Assembly (NCBI GenBank): GCA_039930645.1
Contig: JBDTTJ010000003.1
Coordinates: 1-41,610, forward strand
DNA from: Acidobacteriota bacterium
GTDB lineage: Bacteria; Acidobacteriota; Thermoanaerobaculia; UBA5066
DNA length: 41,610 nt
Reading direction: 5' to 3'
Part shown: positions 9,197 through 18,004 of the stretch, piece after piece
Layout of the letters: each line of letters starts with the position of its first letter
Numbering within the stretch: the first letter of the stretch is position 1
Made by a program: the position numbers and the translations under genes
Notes under the pieces: model-generated
Database searches by the model: none
What the model saw: only the letters and a program-made list of their open reading frames with translations
What the model was told of the DNA's origin: nothing

Positions 9197-10006
9197 ATGT
9201 CCCTACGCGAAGTGTTCTTGCTACTTTGGCTAGCAGGCGCCTCCCCGGGACTACTCGGTGCGGGCGAGACGTCGGCTCCCGCTGGAGTGGTGGCAACCAT
9301 CGGGGACGAGCGGGTTGCGAGTGACGAGACGTTTCAGGACAACGTGCCGAGCAATCCGCGATATACACCGGAGCGCGCGTGCAAACTCGTCGTTGCGCGC
9401 GTTCGCGAAGCTCTTGTTCGACGCGTGTTACGGCAGGTCAAGCGGCTGCCCTCGGATGAGGAAATTAGCCGTTCCCTACAGGGACATCTCCCCTCCCCCG
9501 AGGCGCTCGAAAAGCATTACGCCTCTCTCAAGAGCACGCAGGACGCGCTTGAGGACGCACTCAATCGAAGCGAGTCGGACCCGACGCGGGACCACGAGAT
9601 ATGGCAGACCTCAGTAAGCCAGTACATGTCCTACGAGAAGTGGGTCGAGTATCGCACTAGGCTGCGAGGGCAGCATCGAGGCGTGCCTTTTCCTGCGAAG
9701 GTGTCTTCCGCAGAACTACTTGAATCGGCGCGCGGTTTGCGGGGCTTGGTCGTAGAGGAAAGTTTCCAGCGTTGGCTTCAGGCCGATTGGGCGCGTCAGA
9801 ACCCCGGGGAGGCAGCTCCGGCCGAGGAAGGCCGGGTCCCTACTCCAGACGATGGCCGGTCGTCGAGCGCATCCCTTCAACTTAGATTCTGGCGGCTCGA
9901 GTTGATCGCAACGGCGGTAACAATCCTTCCAGAGTGGCATTGTTCTCAGGTTCAGCCTGCCGATTTGATCGCACCGCAGGTCCAGTGGCCAGAAGTCTCG
10001 AAATAG
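9197..10006 (+). CDS. Hypothetical exported protein, weakly SurA N-terminal-like
   Basis: ATG 9197 is 1 nt after the upstream TAG. Signal-like MSLREVFLLLWLAGASPGLLGAG; VVATIGDERV ... REALVRRVL..LPSDEEI resembles SurA/PrsA N-domain patterns; no PPIase motif seen. Confidence 0.55.
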   Translation: MSLREVFLLLWLAGASPGLLGAGETSAPAGVVATIGDERVASDETFQDNVPSNPRYTPERACKLVVARVREALVRRVLRQVKRLPSDEEISRSLQGHLPSPEALEKHYASLKSTQDALEDALNRSESDPTRDHEIWQTSVSQYMSYEKWVEYRTRLRGQHRGVPFPAKVSSAELLESARGLRGLVVEESFQRWLQADWARQNPGEAAPAEEGRVPTPDDGRSSSASLQLRFWRLELIATAVTILPEWHCSQVQPADLIAPQVQWPEVSK

Positions 10007-10015
10007 GAGCGAAGG

Positions 10016-10834
10016 ATGAAGAGCATCACGTTTGCGACAGCCTTAATGCTGTCGATCGCGGCGGCCCACGTATGTGCGCAGGTAAAGGAAACGGGGCGGA
10101 AGGTGGAAGTGGAGGTGCCGACATTCAAGTCCCCGGAGGCGGCGCTGGGATGGGCGAAGAGCCAGATCGCGGCGGCGCAGAAAGTGGCGCCGCTACAGGC
10201 GCGCGAAGAATTTCTAATGAAGGCGGCGTCGGCCTCGCAGACGGCTGAGGCGTGGAGAGATGCCTCGACCGAGGTTAGGGTCGAGGCCGCGCTTGTGGGG
10301 GCCGAGGCCTTCCTCGGCCTGAGCGCGCCTCTGAATGCTCAGAGCGCCATGGCCAGGGTACGGCGCGAGGACGTAAGGAACACCCCGCTCGCGGCCGCTT
10401 TCTTTGAAAGAGCAGGCGAGGCTGCTGAATTACGCGGCGATCGGCGCAGCGCCCACGTCGCTTACCAGACTGGGCTAAGCGCGTCTCCTTCTGCGGATGT
10501 AAGGGTGCTTCTTCTGTTCCGAGCGGGGACGAATGCCTTTGCTCTCACCGAATATGAGAGATCCGCCGGGCTCTTGGAGGAAGCCCTCGCAAACTTGCCG
10601 GATGGAAGTGCGAGGGCTTCAATCGCCGAGGTGGATCTTGGTGGCGCCTATGCAAGGCTGAAGGACCGAGTTCGGGCAGAGGCATGGTTACACCGGGCAA
10701 CACAATCTCTCGACCGTAGTTCGAAGGGCGGGAGTTCGACGACGACGGGAAAGGACACCTTTATTCCCGAGCCCTCTAGCGATGAATTGCGGAAGCGGAT
10801 TTCTGACGTGGCGAATTCCCTGCGAGGTCTTTGA
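10016..10834 (+). CDS. Exported alpha-helical, TPR-like protein
   Basis: AGGAG RBS; signal peptide MKSITFATALMLSIAAAHVCAQ; TPR-like helices (FERAGEAAELRGDRRSAHVAYQTGL; FRAGTNAFALTEYERSAGLLEEAL; DLGGAYARLKDRVRAEAWLHRA). Confidence 0.7.
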   Translation: MKSITFATALMLSIAAAHVCAQVKETGRKVEVEVPTFKSPEAALGWAKSQIAAAQKVAPLQAREEFLMKAASASQTAEAWRDASTEVRVEAALVGAEAFLGLSAPLNAQSAMARVRREDVRNTPLAAAFFERAGEAAELRGDRRSAHVAYQTGLSASPSADVRVLLLFRAGTNAFALTEYERSAGLLEEALANLPDGSARASIAEVDLGGAYARLKDRVRAEAWLHRATQSLDRSSKGGSSTTTGKDTFIPEPSSDELRKRISDVANSLRGL

Positions 10835-10956
10835 TCCAGAGATAGGTCCGATCAAGACCGCATTCCAAATCTGTGATTGCAAAGACGAGCAGGTGGGATC
10901 CGTTATGGCTGCCCCCCAGGGTGCCTTGGTAAAGTGACCTTGGCCCCGAAAGCTAG

Positions 10957-11233
10957 TGTGATTAGCAGAGGTTTCGCGGACAGGCCCCCGGGTTCTCCGG
11001 CGGATGTTATTCACAGATCAGGCGGCGGAGTTCACCACCTCCCCAGAGCCTTCGGCGCCGGCCGCCTTACCGTCGAGGAAGGCTTGGTAAGGCGTGCGGC
11101 CCTGGGTGCGGCAGCCGCGGTAGGCGCGATCGCGGTCGTAGAAGTCGAGGTGGGTGTCGAGGTCGGGCTGAAACTGGTTGATCGAAGTGTAAAGCGTCTT
11201 GCGGAAGGCGACGGAGGGGAACGCCTCCTTCAC
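10957..11233 (-). mobile_element. IS481-family insertion sequence remnant (transposase C-terminus plus terminal repeat)
   Basis: ORF 11018..11233 VAFRKTLYTSINQFQPDLDTHLDFYDRDRAYRGCRTQGRTPYQAFLDG resembles the IS481 transposase C-terminus (..LY.S..LQ.DLD..L..YN..R.H.G....GRTP). Downstream lies a 26-bp TGT...ACA segment (10957-10982) like IS481 ends. N-terminal and DDE portions are missing. Confidence 0.72.
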
Positions 11234-11328
11234 GCGGGAGGAACCCAGGCACCTTTCCCACTTTTCGACAGCGCGACGGCCATTATTGGATTCTTGAACC
11301 TGTCCGCTGATCTCCCGCTACGACCAGA

Positions 11329-12411
11329 TTAGTCCACCCAGAGCGGCAGCTGGCCGTCCGGGCCGGGAGCGCCCGGCGAGACGAGGCCGTGGACGCCTAC
11401 CCCGAGGAGCCGCACGGGCCGCGCCCCCGCCTCCGTCCGGTCGAGCAGCGCCGCCGCGCGCGCGGCGAGCTCGTCGGCGTCGCGCGTCGGCCGCGCGCTG
11501 TCGCTGCGCGTCACGGTCGTGAAGTCCGCGTACCGCACCTTGAGCGTGACGGTGCGCGCGAGGAGCCGCTTCTCGGCGAGGAACGAGGCGTCGTGCCGCG
11601 CCATCGACTCGACGATCGTCCGCATCGCGCGCGCGTCCACGAGGTCCTCGCGGAACGTGTCCTCCGTGCTGACGGACTTCCGGGTCCGGTCGGGCACGAC
11701 GGGACGGGCGTCGTCGCCGTGCGCGAGACGCACGAGCGACTCGGCCCAGCTGCCGACGACACGGCGCAGCGCGCCCTCATCCGCGGTGCGCACGTCCACG
11801 AGCTTCGCGCAGCCGATGGCCCGCAGGCGCTCGGCCGTCTTCGGCCCGACACCCCAGAGCGCGTCCACGGGGAGCGTCGCGAGAAACGCCTCCATGCGCT
11901 CCGGCGCGATCACCGTGAGGCCGTCCGGCTTCTTCCAGCCCGAGGCGATCTTCGCGAGGAACTTGTTTGGGGCGACGCCGGCCGAGACGGTCAGGCGCGT
12001 CGCCTCCTTCACCTGGGCCTTGAGGCGGCGCGCGACCTGCATCCCGAGCGGCTCGCCCCACGCGTTCTCCGTGACGTCGAGGTAGGCCTCGTCGAGGGAG
12101 AGCGGCTCGACGAGCGGCGTCACCGCGCGGTAGAGGGCGAAGACCTCCTTCGACACGGCGGAGTACTTCCGGAAGTCGGGCTTGACGATCACGAGGTCCG
12201 GGCAGAGGCGCAAGGCGCGCGCCATTGGGATCGCGGAGCGGACGCCGAACTTGCGGGCCTCGTAGCTCGCCGCCGCGACGACGCCCCGCCCCTTCGGGTC
12301 GCCGCCCACGGCGACGGGACGGCCCTTGAGCGCGGGGTCGTCCCGCTGCTCGACGGACGTGTAGAAGGCGTCCATGTCGAGGTGGAGGATGCGTCGAGGG
12401 AGCGGGGCCAC
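11329..12411 (-). CDS. dinB: DNA polymerase IV (Y-family)
   Basis: RILHLDMDAFYTSVEQRD, GVVAAASYEARKFGVRSA, EPLSLDEAYLD, SAGVAPNKFLAKIAS..KPDGL, LWGVGPKT, RKSVSTEDTF, VRLLGV. Confidence 0.96.
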   Translation of the reverse strand: MAPLPRRILHLDMDAFYTSVEQRDDPALKGRPVAVGGDPKGRGVVAAASYEARKFGVRSAIPMARALRLCPDLVIVKPDFRKYSAVSKEVFALYRAVTPLVEPLSLDEAYLDVTENAWGEPLGMQVARRLKAQVKEATRLTVSAGVAPNKFLAKIASGWKKPDGLTVIAPERMEAFLATLPVDALWGVGPKTAERLRAIGCAKLVDVRTADEGALRRVVGSWAESLVRLAHGDDARPVVPDRTRKSVSTEDTFREDLVDARAMRTIVESMARHDASFLAEKRLLARTVTLKVRYADFTTVTRSDSARPTRDADELAARAAALLDRTEAGARPVRLLGVGVHGLVSPGAPGPDGQLPLWVD

Positions 12412-12430
12412 GCGGCCGATTCTGCGCCGC

Positions 12431-13672
12431 TCAGGCGGCGCGGAGGGCGCGCTCGAGCCCCCAGGTCACGACGAGGGCGGCCGTGAGTGCGGGCAGCGTT
12501 CCGCCAGTCGACCCGGCGAGGAAGTACGCGGCCGCTCCCGCGGCCCAGCCGCACATCCCCGGGATCGCGAAGCCGCCATTCCGGCTTGCGGGCCCCTTCT
12601 CGTCGTACAGCTCCGGGACGCGGACGGGCATTCTGAGCAGGAAGAAGTGCGCGAGGAGGACGCCGCCCACGGGCACGAGGAGGCCGCCGAGGAGCAGCAT
12701 GAAGTCCGCGTATCGATCGAGCCAGCCCGAGAAGAGCGACAGGAGCGCGCCGACGACGCCGATCGTCCAGACGGACGCGCGGTCCTTCGCGGCCGGCACG
12801 AGGCTCTTCCACGCGAGCGCCGACATGTAGATGTTCACGAAGTTCGTCGTGAGCGTCGCGAGAGCGAGGAGGAGGGCGCCGAGGCCGCCGAGCCCCGCCG
12901 CCGCGAGCATCGCGCCGGGATTCGTCGACCCCGCGGCGCGTGCCGCGACGAAGCCGAGCGGCACGAACCACAGGCTCGTGAGCGCGAGGCCGAAGAACAC
13001 GGCGGCCGCGGCCTTCCCCGGCGAGCGCGTGTAGCGCGGGTAATCGCCGAAAACGAGGAGCCACGAGACCTGGTAGCCGATCACGACGTCGAGGCCGCGC
13101 ACCGCCGTCATCGAACCGTTCCCGGGCGCCGCCGTGACGGCCGCCGGGAGGCGCAGAAACGCGAACGTCAGAATGCCGCCGACCACGAGGAGAAGGGGCA
13201 CGGCAAGGCGGTCCGCGTGGCGGACGGCCCGCGGCCCTCCCGCGACGACAGCCGTCGCGAGGAGGCCGAGCCCGAACGCCCAGAGCCGGACGCTCGCGGG
13301 TCCGCCGAAGACCCGCGCGCACGCGGACGCCGCGATCACGTTGTTCACGGCGATCCATGCGAAGTTCGTGACGTAGAGGATGAGCGAGACGAGCGCCCCG
13401 CCGCGCAGGCCGAGCGCCGCCCGGCAGGCGATGACGGACGGAACGCCGAGGCGCGGCCCGAGAGGTGTGAGCGCGGCGACGAGCGCGGTGCCGAGGACGA
13501 TGCCGCCGCCCGCGAGAAGCGCGGCTTGCCCGAAGCCGAATGCGGGCGCGAGGCTCGCGCCCGTCTGAAGCGTCGTCGCCACGAGATTCGCGCCCGCGAT
13601 GATGAGGAAGAGATCGACGGGCGACTGCGTCTTCTCGGCTTCGGAGACGGGCCCGAGGTCGGCGGCCTGCAT
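12431..13672 (-). CDS. NCS1-family purine/cytosine permease (CytX/CodB-like)
   Basis: About 12 TM helices; GPRLGVPSVIACRAALGLRGG, FAWIAVN, SWLLVFGDYPRY, TLTTNFVNIYMS. ATG overlaps the upstream TGA. Confidence 0.85.
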   Translation of the reverse strand: MQAADLGPVSEAEKTQSPVDLFLIIAGANLVATTLQTGASLAPAFGFGQAALLAGGGIVLGTALVAALTPLGPRLGVPSVIACRAALGLRGGALVSLILYVTNFAWIAVNNVIAASACARVFGGPASVRLWAFGLGLLATAVVAGGPRAVRHADRLAVPLLLVVGGILTFAFLRLPAAVTAAPGNGSMTAVRGLDVVIGYQVSWLLVFGDYPRYTRSPGKAAAAVFFGLALTSLWFVPLGFVAARAAGSTNPGAMLAAAGLGGLGALLLALATLTTNFVNIYMSALAWKSLVPAAKDRASVWTIGVVGALLSLFSGWLDRYADFMLLLGGLLVPVGGVLLAHFFLLRMPVRVPELYDEKGPASRNGGFAIPGMCGWAAGAAAYFLAGSTGGTLPALTAALVVTWGLERALRAA

Positions 13673-14697
13673 CAGCTGCCGAGCCTAACCGCGCCGGACT
13701 GCCCCGCGAGAAAGGAAATGACCGCCTCTTCTCCCCAGTAGACCGGGCGGAGCCCGCGTGCGGCCACCCAGCCCGCGTGGCCGCCGCGCTCCGTGACGAG
13801 GAAGCGGACGGAGGGGGAAGCCGCGGCACGCGCCGCGTCGATGGACGCGGGGGGCACGAACGGATCGTCGAGGGCCGACAGGCAGAGCGTCGGCACGTCG
13901 ATCGCGCCGAGGACGCGGAGCGAGCTCGACCGGGCGTAGTAATCGTCCGCGCCCGCGAAGCCGTGCAGCGGCGCTGTCGCCGCGTCGTCGAACTCGCGGA
14001 ACGTCCAGGCGCCGCGCGCGCGATCGAGATCCATCCCCGCCGCCGCGGCCGGAAAGCGGCGCGCGATCGACTCGCCCTTGGGCACGAGAGTCTTCACGAA
14101 CGCGCGGACGTAGAGCGCGGAGGGGAAGGATGCCATGTAGCGGTCGCCGGCCGCGAGGTCGTACGGGACCGAAAGCGTCGCCGCCGCGGCGACGAGCCGC
14201 TCGCCGGGATGCTCGCCGAGCCACTTGAGGAGGACGTTTCCGCCGAGCGACACGCCCGCGGCGAGGATGGGCCGTCCGTGGCGCGCCGCGAGAGTCCGGA
14301 GGACGAAGTCGAAGTCCGCCGTCTCGCCGGAGTGGTAGAGCCGCGGCCGCTCGTTCGGGAGCGGGCGCGAGAGGTCGAGGGGATCGCGCGCGCAGGAGCG
14401 GAAGTTCAGGACGGACGGCCGGAACCCGGCGGTGAGTCCGAGCGCCAGAAGGCCCTGCGCGTAGGCCGAATGCGAGCTCCCCTCCAGCCCGTGGAGGATC
14501 AGGAGCGGCGGCGCGCCGTCCGGGACGGGCGCATCCGCGTGGTCGAGGACGATCGTGTCGCCGTCGGGCGCCGTGAGCGCCTCGCGGCGGAGCCGCACCT
14601 GCCGCCGGGAGCGCGCGAGACGCCCCCAGACCGTCTGGGCGTGCGCGCCCCGCAGCCACCAGGCGGGGGAAAAGCCCGTGCGGGTTCCTCCGTCCAT
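13672..14697 (-). CDS. YheT-family alpha/beta hydrolase
   Basis: WWLRGAHAQT, ILHGLEGSSHSAY, NFRSC, RLYHSGETAD, GVSLGGN nucleophile, FREFDDAATAPLHGF..DYY, ALDDPF, GGHAG. Start ATG 14697 chosen over GTG 14745. Confidence 0.9.
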   Translation of the reverse strand: MDGGTRTGFSPAWWLRGAHAQTVWGRLARSRRQVRLRREALTAPDGDTIVLDHADAPVPDGAPPLLILHGLEGSSHSAYAQGLLALGLTAGFRPSVLNFRSCARDPLDLSRPLPNERPRLYHSGETADFDFVLRTLAARHGRPILAAGVSLGGNVLLKWLGEHPGERLVAAAATLSVPYDLAAGDRYMASFPSALYVRAFVKTLVPKGESIARRFPAAAAGMDLDRARGAWTFREFDDAATAPLHGFAGADDYYARSSSLRVLGAIDVPTLCLSALDDPFVPPASIDAARAAASPSVRFLVTERGGHAGWVAARGLRPVYWGEEAVISFLAGQSGAVRLGS

Positions 14698-14773
14698 CGC
14701 GTCGCGCCTTTCGTCCCGCCGCGCGGGGCGCTCGTCCCGCCGCACGCCTTCCGGGGAGCGGGGATTCTATTGT
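14690..14773 (+). promoter_or_regulatory. LytTR-type triple direct repeat plus -10 (site 1)
   Basis: ccGTCCa (G at 14692), tcGTCCC (14713), tcGTCCC (14734): exact 21-bp period; boxes 2 and 3 share TCGTCCCGCCGC. TATTGT at 14768-14773. Confidence 0.65.
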
Positions 14774-14831
14774 CGGCCGGCGCCGCCGGCTGAACGTCCG
14801 GAAAACCGGAGCGAACTCTGTCTGGCCGTCT

Positions 14832-14915
14832 TCGTCCCCGCGGAGGGGAAGCCCGGCACGCTCCGCCCACGCCCGTCCCGGACCGGTCGCAAGACCCGCG
14901 GGGCTGCCCCACCTT
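14832..14915 (+). promoter_or_regulatory. LytTR-type repeat plus -10 (site 2, upstream of TBDR1)
   Basis: tcGTCCC (G at 14834), degenerate ccGGCAC (14855), ccGTCCC (14875); CACCTT at 14910-14915, 35 bp after the last box. Confidence 0.55.
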
Positions 14916-14973
14916 CCGGCTCGAGGCGCGAGTCCCGTATCCACGGGCCGTCGCGCCGCTCAGGAGGATGTGC

Positions 14974-17937
14974 ATGCGTCGAATCGGACTCCGCGTCCTG
15001 GTCTCCTTCGCTCTTCTTCTTTCCGCCGTGGCGGTGCGCGCCCAGAGTGTGACGACCGCGGCGCTTCGAGGCCGCGTCACGAACGAGGGTCAGGGCCTTC
15101 CCGGCGTCCTCGTCACGGTGAAGTCAGGCTCGCTGCAGGGCGCGCGCACGGCTTCGACGTCCGCGAACGGCGACTTCGTGTTTCCGGGCCTGCCGCCGGG
15201 CGAGTACACGGTCGGGTTCGCGCTGCAGGGGTTCAGGGCGGAGAGCCGCACGCAGCCGGTCACGGTCGGACAGGAAGCGCGGCTCGACGTCGTGCTCAGC
15301 CTCGCGGGCGTCGAGACGGCGACGACGGTGGTCGCGAAGTCCGAGACCGTCGCCACGTCCACGCCTCAGGCGGCGCAGACGTTCACGAAGGAGCTCACGG
15401 ACAAACTGCCCGTCACGCGCACCCTGCTGTCGTCCGTCGCCCTCGCCGCCGGCGTGAACACGAACGGCCCGGGCTCGAGCGACCGGATCGGAAACGGGAC
15501 CAGCCCCGTCGTGACGATCTCCGGCGGCCAGTCCTTCGACAACCTCTTCACCGTGGACGGCGCTGTCGTGACCGACAACATCCGCGGCACGCCGAACAAT
15601 CTCTTCATCGAGGACGCGATCGCCGAGACCACGACGTCCACCTCGTCGGTGTCCGCCGAGTTCGGCCGCTTCACGGGCGGCGTCGTGAACACCGTCACGA
15701 AGTCGGGAGGCAACGCGTTTTCGGGCTCGTTCCGGACGACGTTCACGAACGCCGCGTGGTCGGCGACGACGCCGGCGAACGAGGCGACCCCGCAGAAGGT
15801 GAATCCCCAGTACGAGGCGACGCTCGGCGGGCCCATCTGGAAGGACCACGTCTGGTTCTTCGGCTCCGGCCGGTACTTCGACCAGACGGCGTCGGGGCAG
15901 ACGAGCTTCACGAGCCAGTCGTACCCGGTCGGGGACACGGAGAAACGCTACCAGGCCAAGCTCACGCTGACGCCTTTCGCGAACCACACGATCACGGGCA
16001 ACACCCTCCACGTCGACGAAGAGCAGACGAACTCGTCGTTCGGGACGATCATGGATCTCCTCAGCCTGGTGCCCGCGCGCCAGCTTCCGCAGGACATCCT
16101 CACCGTCAATTACAACGGCGTCCTGTCGAACACGTTCTTCGTCGAGGGCCTCTACTCGCGCCGGCAGTTCACGTTCCAGAACGCGGGTTCCCCGTACAAA
16201 GACCTGATCCAGGGCACGCTCATGCGCGATCTCTCGCGCGGCCGCGCCCGCTACAACGCGCCGACGTTCTGCGGCGTCTGCGATCCGGAGTCCCGCGACA
16301 ACCGCGACTTTCTCGTGAAAGGCACGTGGTTCCTCTCCACGGGCGCCCTCGGCTCGCACAACATCGTCGCCGGCTACGACAACTTCGCCGGGCAGCGCAA
16401 GGCGAACAACTACCAGTCGGGCAGCAACTACCGGATCTTCACGACGTCGACGGTCTTTGCGAACAACGACATCTATCCCGTGATGGACGGGAACTCGTAC
16501 ATCTACTACACGCCGATCACGAACCTGAGCAAGGGCACGGACGCGCTCACGCATTCCGTCTTCCTGAACGACTCCTGGCGCGTGAACGACCGGCTCTCGG
16601 TGAATCTCGGCGTCCGCTGGGACAAGAACCACGCCCAGGACAGCAACGGGGTCGTCCGCGCGGACGACAGCGCGTTCAGCCCGCGCCTCGCGGCGTCGTT
16701 CGACGTGACCGGAAAAGGCACGCTCCGCGTCGGCGCGAGCTACGCGAAGTACGTCGGCGCCATCCAGGACAGCCTCGTGGACTCGGCCTCCGACGGCGGT
16801 TCGCCGTCGACCTTCATCTGGTACTACCAGGGCTCGGGAGCGACGCCGATCAACGTGAACCCGGCTCCCGGGACGCCGCTCGTGACGCGCGCGCAGGCCC
16901 TCCAGCAGGTCTTCAACTGGTTCTTCGCGCAGGGCTGCCCGGACCTCACGACGTGCCGGCTCCCGCTCGGCTACGCGAACATCCCCGGCCTCACGACTCT
17001 CATACAGGGTTCGCTGTCCTCGCCGTCGACGGTCGAGTATGCCGCGACGGTCGCGGGCAACGTGGGGTCCTCGTTCGCCTACCGGGTCGACCTCGTGCGG
17101 CGCGAAGGCCGCGACTTCTACAACAGCGTGATCAACGGGTCGACGGGCACCGGCCAGGACGAGTTCGGGAACACGTTCGACGTCGGTTACATCAACAATT
17201 CGAACACCGCGGAGCGCAACTACACGGGCCTCCACACGAGCCTCTCGTACCGCAGCGGCGCCTTCAACGGCGGCGTGAACTGGACGTGGTCGCACACGCT
17301 CGGCAACCTGAACGGGGAGACGGCCGCTTCGGGCCCGGTGCCGAACGCGGGCGAGACGTATCCCGAGTACAAGAACCCGGCCTGGAACAACCCGTACGGG
17401 TCACTCGGGACGGACGAGCGCCACCGCGTGAAACTCTTCGCCTCGTACACGCTGCCGTTCATTCCGGCGAAGGTCGGATCGATCAACGTGAGCGCGATCC
17501 AGTCGATCGACACGGGCGTGCCGTACGGCGCCGTCGGGCTCGTGGACTCGCGGCGGTACGTCACGGGCGCGCCGGCTTACATCACGCCCCCGACGTCCGT
17601 GAACTACTACTTCACGGCCCGCGACGCGTTCCGGACGGACACGATCTACCGGACGGACCTCTCGCTCAACTTCACGACGCGGATCGCCGGCAGCGTCGAG
17701 ATCTTCGTGCAGCCGCAGGTCCTCAACGTCCTGAACCGCCAGGGACTCGTCGGCGTCAACACCGCGGTCCGCTCGGCCGTGAACGCGGGGACGGTGTATC
17801 AGCGCTTCAACCCGTTCACGACGGCGCCGGTGCAGGGCGTGAACTGGGACACCAGCTCGACGTTCGGCACGGCCCGCAACAACCTCGACTACCAGCTCCC
17901 GCGCACGTTCACGCTCGCGGCCGGCGTCAGGTTCTGA
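14974..17937 (+). CDS. TonB-dependent receptor with N-terminal carboxypeptidase-regulatory-like domain (Oar-like)
   Basis: AGGAGG at 14962-14967 favours ATG 14974. Signal peptide, LRGRVT..LPGVLVTV..G.F.F.GLPPGEY, plug motif SAEFGRFTGGVVNTVTKSGGN, FLNDSWRVNDRLSVNLGVRWD, C-terminal PRTFTLAAGVRF. Confidence 0.93.
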   Translation: MRRIGLRVLVSFALLLSAVAVRAQSVTTAALRGRVTNEGQGLPGVLVTVKSGSLQGARTASTSANGDFVFPGLPPGEYTVGFALQGFRAESRTQPVTVGQEARLDVVLSLAGVETATTVVAKSETVATSTPQAAQTFTKELTDKLPVTRTLLSSVALAAGVNTNGPGSSDRIGNGTSPVVTISGGQSFDNLFTVDGAVVTDNIRGTPNNLFIEDAIAETTTSTSSVSAEFGRFTGGVVNTVTKSGGNAFSGSFRTTFTNAAWSATTPANEATPQKVNPQYEATLGGPIWKDHVWFFGSGRYFDQTASGQTSFTSQSYPVGDTEKRYQAKLTLTPFANHTITGNTLHVDEEQTNSSFGTIMDLLSLVPARQLPQDILTVNYNGVLSNTFFVEGLYSRRQFTFQNAGSPYKDLIQGTLMRDLSRGRARYNAPTFCGVCDPESRDNRDFLVKGTWFLSTGALGSHNIVAGYDNFAGQRKANNYQSGSNYRIFTTSTVFANNDIYPVMDGNSYIYYTPITNLSKGTDALTHSVFLNDSWRVNDRLSVNLGVRWDKNHAQDSNGVVRADDSAFSPRLAASFDVTGKGTLRVGASYAKYVGAIQDSLVDSASDGGSPSTFIWYYQGSGATPINVNPAPGTPLVTRAQALQQVFNWFFAQGCPDLTTCRLPLGYANIPGLTTLIQGSLSSPSTVEYAATVAGNVGSSFAYRVDLVRREGRDFYNSVINGSTGTGQDEFGNTFDVGYINNSNTAERNYTGLHTSLSYRSGAFNGGVNWTWSHTLGNLNGETAASGPVPNAGETYPEYKNPAWNNPYGSLGTDERHRVKLFASYTLPFIPAKVGSINVSAIQSIDTGVPYGAVGLVDSRRYVTGAPAYITPPTSVNYYFTARDAFRTDTIYRTDLSLNFTTRIAGSVEIFVQPQVLNVLNRQGLVGVNTAVRSAVNAGTVYQRFNPFTTAPVQGVNWDTSSTFGTARNNLDYQLPRTFTLAAGVRF

Positions 17938-17957
17938 GCCCTCGGCGACGGAGTTCG

Positions 17958-17994
17958 ACGCACCGGCCGGCAACCCGGACCCCGGCCGGTGCGT
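17958..17994 (+). terminator. Stem-loop after TBDR1
   Basis: 13-bp perfect stem ACGCACCGGCCGG / CCGGCCGGTGCGT with an 11-nt loop; no U-tract. Confidence 0.55.
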
Positions 17995-18004
17995 ATCCGA
18001 TCCC

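Larger units (their letters stand above)
7288..11312. mobile_element. Putative horizontally acquired islet (~4 kb)
   Basis: Visibly more A/T-rich, with many A/T third codon positions relative to the flanks. Lies between two convergent host genes, carries an IS remnant, and has CGCTGATC at 7288-7295 and 11305-11312. No integrase seen. Confidence 0.6.

Noticed and set aside
10835-10956. Possible structured RNA after the TPR gene
   Set aside because: Only short imperfect hairpins; no recognisable RNA family.
10877-11332. 151-aa plus-strand ORF and 10688..11014 minus-strand ORF
   Set aside because: Antisense to or overlapping the IS481 remnant and the TPR gene; no motifs or RBS.
13672-14960. 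TPP riboswitch for the CytX-like permease
   Set aside because: The permease start overlaps the upstream gene, and I saw no TPP core (CTGAGA...) in the upstream intergenic region.
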